A stretch of 64,000 nt of DNA, taken from Cyanobacteriota bacterium. Lineage in GTDB: Bacteria > Cyanobacteriota > Cyanobacteriia > Cyanobacteriales > Nostocaceae. Every line of letters begins with the position of its first letter. The first letter of the stretch is position 1. The notes under the pieces were generated by a model, which was not told where the DNA came from, made no database searches, and saw only the letters and a program-made list of their open reading frames with translations. Made by a program: the position numbers and the translations under genes. Positions 31,534-40,458 of this stretch are shown in pieces. The stretch is taken from positions 165,127 through 229,126 of the forward strand of contig JBJOKS010000003.1 in NCBI GenBank assembly GCA_046045965.1, in the 5' to 3' direction.

Positions 31534-31605
31534 AAAAATTGTATCTATTTTCGATACTCTCTTCTTCCTCTCTTCCTTCGTTTCTTCGTGTCTTCGTGGT
31601 TTATT

Positions 31606-31702
31606 AAATCCTGAAAATCCTAAAATCCTGGACATCCTGATTCAGACAAAAAAAGAGGCAGAGCCTCAAAAAAAGCATTCCTAGTCAGAGACTAGGAACG
31701 AG
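31606..31702 (-). repeat. Partial composite repeat (REP-like hairpins plus AGGAT-rich terminal repeat)
   Basis: Reverse-orientation match to the start of the 37406 and 38553 elements: TTCCTAGTC-AGA-GACTAGGAA, GAGGC-AGA-GCCTC, ATCCTGGACATCCTGATTC. Confidence 0.75.
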
Positions 31703-31709
31703 ATGGAAA

Positions 31710-33080
31710 CTAACCCAACTTAATAGTTTTCGTAATCACCGATAAACTTTCCTCAAACAAAGCCTCACGACCCCAACGTTGCACCTGCTGACTTAACAAC
31801 ACCTCCGGCTTTTGTTCAGCAAGAGAACTAACTTGTTGGAACAAACCAGCAGCTTGAGCGCCACCTTGAGTTTCCATTCGCATACAACCGCCGGTTTCAG
31901 TACAAATGAGAGTACCGCAATTAGCTTGAGGATTAGTAGAATTGAGACGCAAAGCGATCAAATCACCAACAATTTCACCCACATCGGCAACAGGAACACC
32001 TGCTAATTCTGCCTCTATTTGTCTTTGGTCTTTAGATACAAAAGTAATGCTGGTAATATCATAATCACCACATTCCTTTTTGTAAGAAACAGGTTGCCAT
32101 TCTAACCGACTTGCTAACCAACCCAAATACAATAAAGCTTGGGCTGCGTTACCTTTTTCATAATCAATAGTTACACGGTCAATTTCTGTTAAAGCTGCCC
32201 GACGTTGGGGTGCATCATAAGCTTCAGCAGTTAATTCTTGCCATGCGGACAAACGCCGCCAATTTAAATCAGCCAAAGGTACACCAGTTTCTGCCAAATC
32301 TTGCAAAGTTAATAAATCACTTTCTGGAGAATTAAAATTACAAGAATCAACAATCACATTATTACAAACTGCTGCCAATCGTTTGAACAAAGGATTATTA
32401 GAATCTGGCGTAGCTTTCCACCACAGAAACTTAGGTAAACCGCCAATTAACAAAGCCGGAATCATGCCGCCAATGCGTTCCAAAGCCGCAGCAGTACCAG
32501 TCAGGGTAATGTATTCACAACAAATCAAAGTGCTGGAAGATTGCTTTTGAATGGGGCAGTATGCTGAAACTTGTGCCTTAACCCCTTCATCTTCACCCGC
32601 AATGGGACATAAAGCGATAATTCGGCAAGGGTTACGCAGGGCAATTTCATCAGCAATTGTAGGACTGGTAGGACTGAAAGTATAGCCCATCGCCGCACCA
32701 TGACTAGCTCCATCCGTGCCACTGTGCTGAAGTTTGAAGTATTCTTCCCGCAGAATAGTGATAGTTTCTGGTGTGGGAATGCCGGTTTCTGGGAGTTCAT
32801 GTTGTTTTTGAAGTTCCCGCAGTGAGGCTTGGGTTTGAGGTCCCAAAATCCCATCAATAGGACCATTATAAAAACCAGTCGCTGCTAATAAATACTGGGT
32901 TTCTTCCGGTTCATAAACCACTAAAGTAAAAGTAGTCGCACGGGTAGCAGCAGGTAAACCGCCGTCTTCGCCTTGGATGCCGTAACTTTGCCAGATTTGA
33001 TTAAGTTCGTTCTCAATGTCATTGAGAGAAACATCCTTGGGGGCTTGCAGGGAATAAATTGTAGAAGCTTGGGGAGCCAT
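31710..33080 (-). CDS. opcA: Glucose-6-phosphate dehydrogenase assembly protein OpcA
   Basis: Follows zwf; NPCRIIALCP, VSAYCPI, DLNWRRL; internal PG-binding motif GFYNGPIDGILGPQT. Confidence 0.95.
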   Translation of the reverse strand: MAPQASTIYSLQAPKDVSLNDIENELNQIWQSYGIQGEDGGLPAATRATTFTLVVYEPEETQYLLAATGFYNGPIDGILGPQTQASLRELQKQHELPETGIPTPETITILREEYFKLQHSGTDGASHGAAMGYTFSPTSPTIADEIALRNPCRIIALCPIAGEDEGVKAQVSAYCPIQKQSSSTLICCEYITLTGTAAALERIGGMIPALLIGGLPKFLWWKATPDSNNPLFKRLAAVCNNVIVDSCNFNSPESDLLTLQDLAETGVPLADLNWRRLSAWQELTAEAYDAPQRRAALTEIDRVTIDYEKGNAAQALLYLGWLASRLEWQPVSYKKECGDYDITSITFVSKDQRQIEAELAGVPVADVGEIVGDLIALRLNSTNPQANCGTLICTETGGCMRMETQGGAQAAGLFQQVSSLAEQKPEVLLSQQVQRWGREALFEESLSVITKTIKLG

Positions 33081-33258
33081 AGTAGATTTTGGATTTTGGA
33101 TTTTGGATTTTGGATTTCAGAGTTGAGATTTTGAGATTTCAGATTGATGATTGAATAGTGAGTCTTAGTTAGTAGGTAATATTTCTTTTTCAATTACCAA
33201 TTACTAATGCTCAATTACCAATTACCAATCCAAAATCTAAAATCTAAAATCTAAAATT

Positions 33259-34788
33259 CTAGAGTCTGCGCCAACGGCGGCCGTCTTGGTTGATTAATAA
33301 TTCTGCTTCCGCAGGTTCCCATGTACCGGCTTCGTATTCGGGAACAGTAGTAGGGTCTGCGGGTAGGTCCCAAACGGAAAGAGCAGGTGTGACTACGCGC
33401 CAAGCTGCTTCCACTTCGTCGGACCTTGTGAATAATGTTTGGTCGCCCATCATACAATCTAAGAACAGGCGGTCATAGGCATCGGAAGTAGCTTCGATAC
33501 CAAAAGAACCATAGGTAAAATCCATATCTACGGAACGAGTGCGGAAGTCTCCACCGGGCATTTTTACGTCAAAACGGAGGGAAATACCTTCATTTGGTTG
33601 TATCCGCAATGTCAAGATATTGGCGTTGGCTTGTAGTGCGGCTGATGGGAACATTTTGGAAGGTACTTCGCGGAAGTGGATGGAAATTTCACTGACTTTT
33701 TTCGGCATCCGCTTACCTGTGCGTAGGTAGAAAGGTACACCTTGCCAACGCCAGTTATCAACGATGAATTTCATCGCTACATAAGTAGGTGTGGTGGAAT
33801 TGGGATTGACTCCTGGTTCTTCTCGATATCCTGGTACTTGTTGTCCTTTCATCCACCCGGCGCTGTATTGTCCACGAATTGCAGAACGTGAGAGATTATT
33901 CACATCTGCTAACCGAGTGGCTTGTAATACTTTCACCTTTTCTGTACGGATACTGTCAGCATCCATTGAGTTGGGTGCTTCCATCGCGGTTAAGCAATAT
34001 AGCTGCATGAGGTGGTTTTGCAGCATATCCCGCAATGCACCAGCACTTTCATAATATCCGGCTCTGTCTTCTACACCTACGGTTTCGGCTACGGTGATTT
34101 GTACATGGTCTACAAATTGCCGATTCCATAATGGTTCAAATATGGCATTGGCAAAACGGAAGACCAGCAAGTTTTGGACTGTTTCTTTACCCAGGTAGTG
34201 GTCAATGCGGTAAACTTGGTTTTCTTTACAAACCTTCTGTACTACTTGGTTGAGACTTTGTGCCGAGGCTAAATCGCGTCCAAAGGGTTTTTCGATGACT
34301 AGACGGTGTTTTTCGGGGTCGTCTAACATTCCCGCCGCACCTAGTTGTTTAATGGCTTCGGGGAAGAAGTTGGGTGCAACGGAAAGGTAAAACATCCGGT
34401 TTCCTCTTGTTCCCCGTTGGGGGTCGAGTTCAGCGAGGAAGTTTTTGAGTTTTTGATAACTTTCGGGGTTGTCGATATCACCGGAACAGTAGAACAAACC
34501 CTTAGAAAAGTCTTCCCACAGTTCTCCTAGTTCGATTTTACTGTGAGCTTCCCGCATTCCTTTTTCCATCTGCTCACGGAAGTATTCATGAGTCCAGTCC
34601 CGACGAGCTACACCGACAATGGTGGTTTCTGGGGGAATGCGTCTTTCCCGACGGAGTTTGAATAATGCAGGAACAAGTTTACGCCAGGTTAAATCACCTG
34701 ACGCGCCAAAGATTACAATAATTTGGGGTTCGGCCATCCCCTGTTGTTGTAGCCCAACCCGCAAGGGATTTTCTAGCAAACTGACCAT
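33259..34788 (-). CDS. zwf: Glucose-6-phosphate 1-dehydrogenase
   Basis: [20 protein letters not shown]. Confidence 0.98.
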   Translation of the reverse strand: MVSLLENPLRVGLQQQGMAEPQIIVIFGASGDLTWRKLVPALFKLRRERRIPPETTIVGVARRDWTHEYFREQMEKGMREAHSKIELGELWEDFSKGLFYCSGDIDNPESYQKLKNFLAELDPQRGTRGNRMFYLSVAPNFFPEAIKQLGAAGMLDDPEKHRLVIEKPFGRDLASAQSLNQVVQKVCKENQVYRIDHYLGKETVQNLLVFRFANAIFEPLWNRQFVDHVQITVAETVGVEDRAGYYESAGALRDMLQNHLMQLYCLTAMEAPNSMDADSIRTEKVKVLQATRLADVNNLSRSAIRGQYSAGWMKGQQVPGYREEPGVNPNSTTPTYVAMKFIVDNWRWQGVPFYLRTGKRMPKKVSEISIHFREVPSKMFPSAALQANANILTLRIQPNEGISLRFDVKMPGGDFRTRSVDMDFTYGSFGIEATSDAYDRLFLDCMMGDQTLFTRSDEVEAAWRVVTPALSVWDLPADPTTVPEYEAGTWEPAEAELLINQDGRRWRRL

Positions 34789-34901
34789 AAGGATTTTAGA
34801 TTTTAGATTTTGGATTTTAGATTGGTAATTGGTAATTGGTAATTGGTAATAGGAAGGAAATTTTACCTATTACCCATTACCCATCACCCATTACCAATTC
34901 C

Positions 34902-36047
34902 CTATACTGGTGACAATACCTTGACTTTCTCTTCTAAAGAGTTCATTAGGGACTCGAAGGGTTGAACGAACTTGTCAATACCTTCTACAAGTAGTTCTGA
35001 CATTACTGCATCAATATTGATGTTGATGTCAGGATCTTTTAAGCTTTCGATGAGGTTATGAGCTTCTGCAACTCCTGTTTCTAGGCTCTTGCTCACATCA
35101 CAATGATCAGCACAGGCTTTTATAGTCGCTGGTGGTAGGGTGTTTACTGTGTCCTGTCCGATTAATTCATCAACATACATGACATCGCTGTAGCTGGGGT
35201 CTTTGGTGCTGGTACTAGCCCAAAGCAGACGTTGCACTTTTGCCCCTTTTGCGGCTAAGGCTTGCCACCTATCACTTTTGATAATACTTTGATATTCTTG
35301 ATAGGCGATTTTGGCATTAGCGATCGCAATTTTTCCTCTTACAGCCCTGAGTTTTGCCTCAAAGGTAATATCATCAACGCCTTTCTGTAATTTGCCATCA
35401 ATCTTTCCATCAATGTTGCTATCAATGCGACTCAAGAAAAAGCTGGCTACAGAAGCAATTTTGCTGATGTCTTTATCTTCATTCACCCGTTTTTCTAAAC
35501 CACGAATATAAGCCCAAGCTGCATTAATGTAACTTTGGACTGCAAACAACAGGGTAATGTTAACGTTAATTCCTGCGGCTATTGTTGCCTCTACAGCAGG
35601 TAAACCAGCTTCTGTTCCCGGAATTTTAATCATCACATTTTCCCGCCCAATTTCTTGAAAATAACGCCGAGCTTCAGTTATTGTGGCTTGGGTATCATGG
35701 GCTATAGTTGGTGGGACTTCAATACTCACATAACCATCGAGTCCATTGGTAACATCATACACAGGTCGCAGAATATCACAAGCATTGCGGATATCTGCAA
35801 AAACGAGAGATTCATAAATTTTGTATGTGGGTAAACCCGCACGAATTCCCGCTGCAATATCAGCATCATAAATGGCATTGCCAGTAATTGCTTTTTCAAA
35901 GATGGCAGGATTGGAAGTAATACCAGAGATTCCTTGATTTTGCACCAAGTTTTGCAGTTCCCCTGATTGAATAATGTCACGGCTCAAATTATCCATCCAA
36001 ATGCTTTGTCCGTGGTTTTTAATCTCTAATAAATGATTGGTTGCCAT
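34902..36047 (-). CDS. tal: Transaldolase
   Basis: GITSNPAIF, VMIKIPGT, LLWASTSTK. Confidence 0.96.
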   Translation of the reverse strand: MATNHLLEIKNHGQSIWMDNLSRDIIQSGELQNLVQNQGISGITSNPAIFEKAITGNAIYDADIAAGIRAGLPTYKIYESLVFADIRNACDILRPVYDVTNGLDGYVSIEVPPTIAHDTQATITEARRYFQEIGRENVMIKIPGTEAGLPAVEATIAAGINVNITLLFAVQSYINAAWAYIRGLEKRVNEDKDISKIASVASFFLSRIDSNIDGKIDGKLQKGVDDITFEAKLRAVRGKIAIANAKIAYQEYQSIIKSDRWQALAAKGAKVQRLLWASTSTKDPSYSDVMYVDELIGQDTVNTLPPATIKACADHCDVSKSLETGVAEAHNLIESLKDPDININIDAVMSELLVEGIDKFVQPFESLMNSLEEKVKVLSPV

Positions 36048-36245
36048 AGCTATTTTTTAACTCCTATTCACAGTGTTTTTGGGTGAAATAGAAAAATTTA
36101 CTCAGTTGATATTGGGTTTTATAAACATCAACTAAGAGTATTTTTAACTTCACATACAAACATTGCTAGTCCTGCATTCCAATCCCAATTTGTCAATCTT
36201 CAGCTTAATTACTGGCTAATGCTAGATGCCTTTTTTCAAATGTAG

Positions 36246-37283
36246 TTAATGACCGTTTTGAATAAAAGACTCTACCTTTGCGACATCCTGTTTACTGCCA
36301 ATAATTAAAGGTGTGCGCTGGTGCAATTGCTTCGGCACTACATCTAAAATATCCACTGTTCCAGTAGTAGCACGACCTCCCGCTTGTTCAATCAAAAATG
36401 CCAAAGGTGCGGACTCATAAAGTAGTCGTAATTTACCTTCTGGTTTTTGCAATGTCCCTGGATAAAGAAATACACCACCTTGAACTAAAGTTCTGTGAAT
36501 ATCACTGACCATTGCCCCACTATAACGGGCAGTGTAACCTTCTGTACGATGAACATAACGAATATATTCTCTATATTGTTCATCCCACTGCCAGAAATTT
36601 CCTTCATTCACGCTATAAACTGCGCCATGATCAGGAATTTTCACATTTTCTTCTGTGAGAATAAATTCGCCTAAGCTGGGGTCAAGGGTGAAGAAATGCA
36701 CGCCTTTACCGATACTGTAAACTAGCATTGTGCTTGGTCCGTACAAAATGTATCCGGCTGCTAGTTGTTTGCGTCCATTAGCTAGTAGGTCACTAGCTTG
36801 ACCATCTAAGTCTGTTCCTTCCTGTTGACGAATGGAAAAAATCGAACCTAAACTGAGATTAATGTCTGTATTAGATGAGCCATCAATGGGGTCATATAAC
36901 AAAGTGTAGCGTCCAATGGGGCAGTTTTCGGGGATGTAGTAGGGTTTCTCCATCTCCTCAGATGCTAAACGGCAAACTAAGCCACTTTGCTTAAATACGG
37001 AAATAAACACTTCATTAGCGTAAATATCCATCTTTTTGACGGACTCACCTTGGACATTAACTTCTCCAGTGAATCCAAGCACGTCTTCCATTAAACCAGC
37101 ACGGCTAAAGCGGCGAGCAATCAGTTTACCAGCTAAAGCGATGCGATTCATTAAAGCACTTAAATCTTGGGCATCGGGTCCAAAATTCTGAAGTTGTTGG
37201 AGGACGTGACGGGACAATGTTGTACAATCACGGTCTAGAGCTTTATCTGTGGACAACTCTAACGGTGCTGTTACTTGAGTCAT
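36246..37283 (-). CDS. fbp: Class 1 fructose-1,6-bisphosphatase
   Basis: [21 protein letters not shown]. Confidence 0.96.
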   Translation of the reverse strand: MTQVTAPLELSTDKALDRDCTTLSRHVLQQLQNFGPDAQDLSALMNRIALAGKLIARRFSRAGLMEDVLGFTGEVNVQGESVKKMDIYANEVFISVFKQSGLVCRLASEEMEKPYYIPENCPIGRYTLLYDPIDGSSNTDINLSLGSIFSIRQQEGTDLDGQASDLLANGRKQLAAGYILYGPSTMLVYSIGKGVHFFTLDPSLGEFILTEENVKIPDHGAVYSVNEGNFWQWDEQYREYIRYVHRTEGYTARYSGAMVSDIHRTLVQGGVFLYPGTLQKPEGKLRLLYESAPLAFLIEQAGGRATTGTVDILDVVPKQLHQRTPLIIGSKQDVAKVESFIQNGH

Positions 37284-37405
37284 TTTGGTTACTTCCTGGC
37301 TGTTTGCTGTGAGGCCATGTTTATCAATAGCGATTTTTAGGCGCTACCTCTATCTTAGAAAGGTATTCTGACCTCTTCAAAATGATTTTAGATAAACTAA
37401 AGAAT

Positions 37406-37804
37406 TTCTCGTTCCCAGTCTCTGACTGGGAAGGCTGTCATTGAGTCTCTGACTCACAACCATGTAAAATGATCTTGATGATTTTATTTGTCAGAATCAG
37501 GATTTCCAGGATTTAAGGATTTTCAGGATGTGATTTTCCAATTACCTATTACCTATTTTGTCAGAATCAGGATATCCAGGATTTAAGGATTTTCAGGATT
37601 TTAGATTTTTTTGTCCCAGGATTTTTAATATTGATTGTTGTTTATAACTCTGTGATTTTTGAATCCGATATTATATGGCGACACGGATTACCATTATAAT
37701 ATAATAATAACCTAAACTAGAACAATGTCAAGGGGTTTTTGAGGAATATTCAGACAAAATCCCATCCTGAAAATCCTTAAATCCTGGAAATCCTGATTCT
37801 GACA
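37406..37804. mobile_element. Composite non-autonomous MITE-like element, copy 1
   Basis: REP-like hairpins at 37406-37455; repeat TGTCAGAATCAGGATxTCCAGGATTTAAGGATTTTCAGGAT at ~37489 and ~37559, inverted copy at ~37764-37804; conserved ~150-bp core. Confidence 0.7.
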
Positions 37805-37942
37805 GTTTCCTCTGCATTTTTGCTGAAGTGGGGGATTTGTATTTTTAAGTATTGTTTCGGTTGGAAAAAGAAGTATTTTAGTAATTCTTGACACTACTTA
37901 AGAACGTTTTTATTATATACATAAAGCAACTATTAGGACTTT

Positions 37943-38543
37943 ATGATCATGCTCAAAATCAATCTTTCTACCCCCCCCCATAATCGCTAAAACCCTTGCT
38001 GTGGCTGGTTTTGCGACTTCCGTATTGTTAGGTGCGTCCCCTGCAAATGCTCTTGATTTTACTTTTTCGTTTCGGGATGTTAATGGTTCTCCTGCGCCTA
38101 CTAACGGATTTGTTACAGGAACGTTAAGTGGTTTGGTGGAAGGTAATAACCTTGGACCAGGGATTACAGCAACGGTTACATCCTCTCCTGGTGGTGATTT
38201 ACTCGGTACTTATAATTTTGGTGGGACCCAGACTGGAACTGCTTTCATTGTTACTGGTGGTAATATCACTTTTGCTGATGCCGGCTTTGATAATGGAAAT
38301 AATGCCTTCTTGTTCTTAGGGACATTTGGGAGTATCGGATTTAGCAACCAACTGCTAGACTTCTCTGATGGGAATCCAAGTTATGCGGACCCATCCAGGT
38401 CTACAACACAATTTGCTCCTGCTACTGCTGTTCCCTTTGAACTTAACTCCACAGTAGGACTTGCAACATTAGGTCTTTGTTTTGGTGCTGCTAAACTGCG
38501 GAGAAAACATTTAGCGAAAAAACGCATGATATCGGTTTCATAG
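37943..38543 (+). pseudogene. PEP-CTERM/PFE-CTERM-type surface protein, frameshifted at a C9 tract (possibly phase-variable)
   Basis: C-terminus VPFELNSTVGLATLGLCFGAAKLRRKHLAKKR. ATGs at 37943/37949 join the 38001 ORF in frame only with C8 or C11 at 37971-37979. Confidence 0.75.
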
Positions 38544-38552
38544 GTTTCTCGT

Positions 38553-38826
38553 TTCTCGTTCCCAGTCTCCGACTGGGAATGCTGTCATTGAGTCTCTGAC
38601 TCACAACCATGTAAAATGATATTGATAATTTTATTTGTCAGAATCAGGATATCCAGGATTTGAGGATTTTCAGGATTTTAGATTTTTTTGTCCCACGATT
38701 TTTAATATTGATTGTTGTTTATAACTCTGTGATTTTTGAATCCGATATTATATGGCGACACGGATTAGCATTATAATATAATGATAACCTAAATTAGAAA
38801 AATGTCAAGGGGTTTTTGAGGAATAT
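38553..38826. mobile_element. Composite MITE-like element, copy 2 (lacks the right terminal repeat)
   Basis: Near-identical direct repeat of 37406-37748, minus the duplicated ~70-bp block. Confidence 0.75.
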
Positions 38827-38842
38827 AACGCCTACCTACTTA

Positions 38843-39652
38843 TTACTTTTTGGTAGGAAGTAATTTTAATAATTGATCCCTCAATTTTCCTGCTGTATGT
38901 CTCCAGGTGTAAGGTTTGAAATTAATACACTTTTTAAACTGAGGAATCCAAACTCGATGGCTATAAGGAGATGAATTGATCTGACGAGCAATATTTTCTA
39001 AATTTCTTGAATAGCCATGTAAAATTTTTACTGGTTCGCACAAGGTATTAATAAAACAAAATCTGGCATTCCATTCACTAGGCAAAGGATAGAGTCGAGA
39101 TTTTGAACACATCAATGCTTCCACAAAAGAAGTTTGATCGCTTTCTTTTAACTTACTATTGATAGCCAGCTTTTGGGAATATAAATCAAACCAAGACTTA
39201 AAAAGAACATCATTTACATCATTTTTTTTGAAGAAAATTACTCCTGTATTTAAGGGCTTACATTCAATTTTTTTTCCTGATTCTAGGACAGGGTAAAAAG
39301 TATCAACAGGAGCATGGCATAGGGCAATATCAAAATAGTCCAAAATATCAAAACCACTTTCACAGTCACTTACAAAAAAAGTATCGGTATCTGCAAATAG
39401 AGTGTTGTCATAAGGAGATAAATCATAAAGATATTTTACCTTAAATAACAACCCTTCATTTCGACAGGAAATTTGTTCATTAATGGGAATTATTTGATCA
39501 AATAAATCAGGATATTGAGGTTCTTGATTACAGGCTAAAGAAATTTTGATATTTGGGTTAATTTTCTTTAAACTTCTAGCTGAATTACAAGCTTCATCAA
39601 CATATTTTTTCCCTCCGGCAACATAAAAAACTCCAAAATTAGAATTAGCCAT
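38843..39652 (-). CDS. GT-A fold glycosyltransferase (nucleotide-diphospho-sugar transferase)
   Basis: TLFADTDT (DxD), LNTGVIFF, SDQTSF, LPSEWNAR, KILHG. Confidence 0.8.
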   Translation of the reverse strand: MANSNFGVFYVAGGKKYVDEACNSARSLKKINPNIKISLACNQEPQYPDLFDQIIPINEQISCRNEGLLFKVKYLYDLSPYDNTLFADTDTFFVSDCESGFDILDYFDIALCHAPVDTFYPVLESGKKIECKPLNTGVIFFKKNDVNDVLFKSWFDLYSQKLAINSKLKESDQTSFVEALMCSKSRLYPLPSEWNARFCFINTLCEPVKILHGYSRNLENIARQINSSPYSHRVWIPQFKKCINFKPYTWRHTAGKLRDQLLKLLPTKK

Positions 39653-39786
39653 TGATCATAATCCCCCAGCAGTATCTACGATTAATACTAAGTGTAAATT
39701 AATAATACACTTTAGTCAAGAGAAAAGAATATTGCCCACATCATTATCAATTAAAGATTTATTTTTCACTGTCGAATCAATATTTT

Positions 39787-40003
39787 TTATGCTCTATTTT
39801 GCAACATATCTTCAATCAGTTGGTCAACTAATTCTGCATCATCCGACCATTTACCAATAAATGAATCATTGATAATTTCCGGTTGCGTTAGTTGCTCAAT
39901 CATTGCTTTAATGAGATCGGAAAGTTGACAATGATGAGTTTGGGTTAGCTGTTGTATTTTGTCATAGGTTTCTTGATCAAGTTCTATATTCTATTTTTTT
40001 CAT
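39787..40003 (-). pseudogene. Frameshifted orphan antitoxin-like gene
   Basis: ATG AAA AAA ATA GAA, one extra base, then IELDQETYDKIQQL...IINDSFIGKWSDDAELVDQLIEDMLQNRA*. Shares the NDxFIGxWS motif with the 8258 antitoxin. Confidence 0.6.
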
Positions 40004-40126
40004 AATTATTTACTATTTAAATGTATATTTAATGTTATTATACCATAGCCATACCCCAGGTGAGGGTTTAGCATTGCTAGAACATCTACCCACAACAAAA
40101 CGTATAAACAATTAATTCCCAATTCT

Positions 40127-40426
40127 ATGCGAATCATTCTCTACAGTAAACCCGGTTGCCATCTCTGTGAAGGTTTACAAGAAAAGCTGGAAAAAATCAC
40201 GAGTATTGCTTTTGATTTGGAAATACGCGATATTACTAATCGTGAAGATTGGTTTAATGCTTATCAGTATGAAATTCCGGTTTTGTTTTTATCGAACCGC
40301 AGAGACGCAGAGGGCGCAGAGGTGTTACAGTCTATACCTCGTCCTTCTCCTCGTGCAAATGTTCGGCAGTTGGAACAATTGCTTTTAAAATATATTCCCA
40401 ATCTAGAAAAAAATAATGCAGAATAA
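40127..40426 (+). CDS. Glutaredoxin-like protein (DUF836)
   Basis: LYSKPGCHLCEGL, YQYEIPVL, PRPSPR. Confidence 0.88.
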   Translation: MRIILYSKPGCHLCEGLQEKLEKITSIAFDLEIRDITNREDWFNAYQYEIPVLFLSNRRDAEGAEVLQSIPRPSPRANVRQLEQLLLKYIPNLEKNNAE

Positions 40427-40458
40427 GCGCAAGGTGAGCTTATAGCAAGGTGTGGTAT

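Noticed and set aside
27000..31600. Absence of HIP1 sites as proof of horizontal transfer of the dynamin island
   Set aside because: The adjacent core opcA-zwf genes also appear to lack HIP1 over a similar length, so this is weak evidence without a genome-wide count.
37489..37804. Recurrent ~40-bp TGTCAGAATCAGGAT... units as a CRISPR array
   Set aside because: The units are irregularly spaced, occur in both orientations and enclose conserved rather than unique spacers. No cas genes are present in the window.
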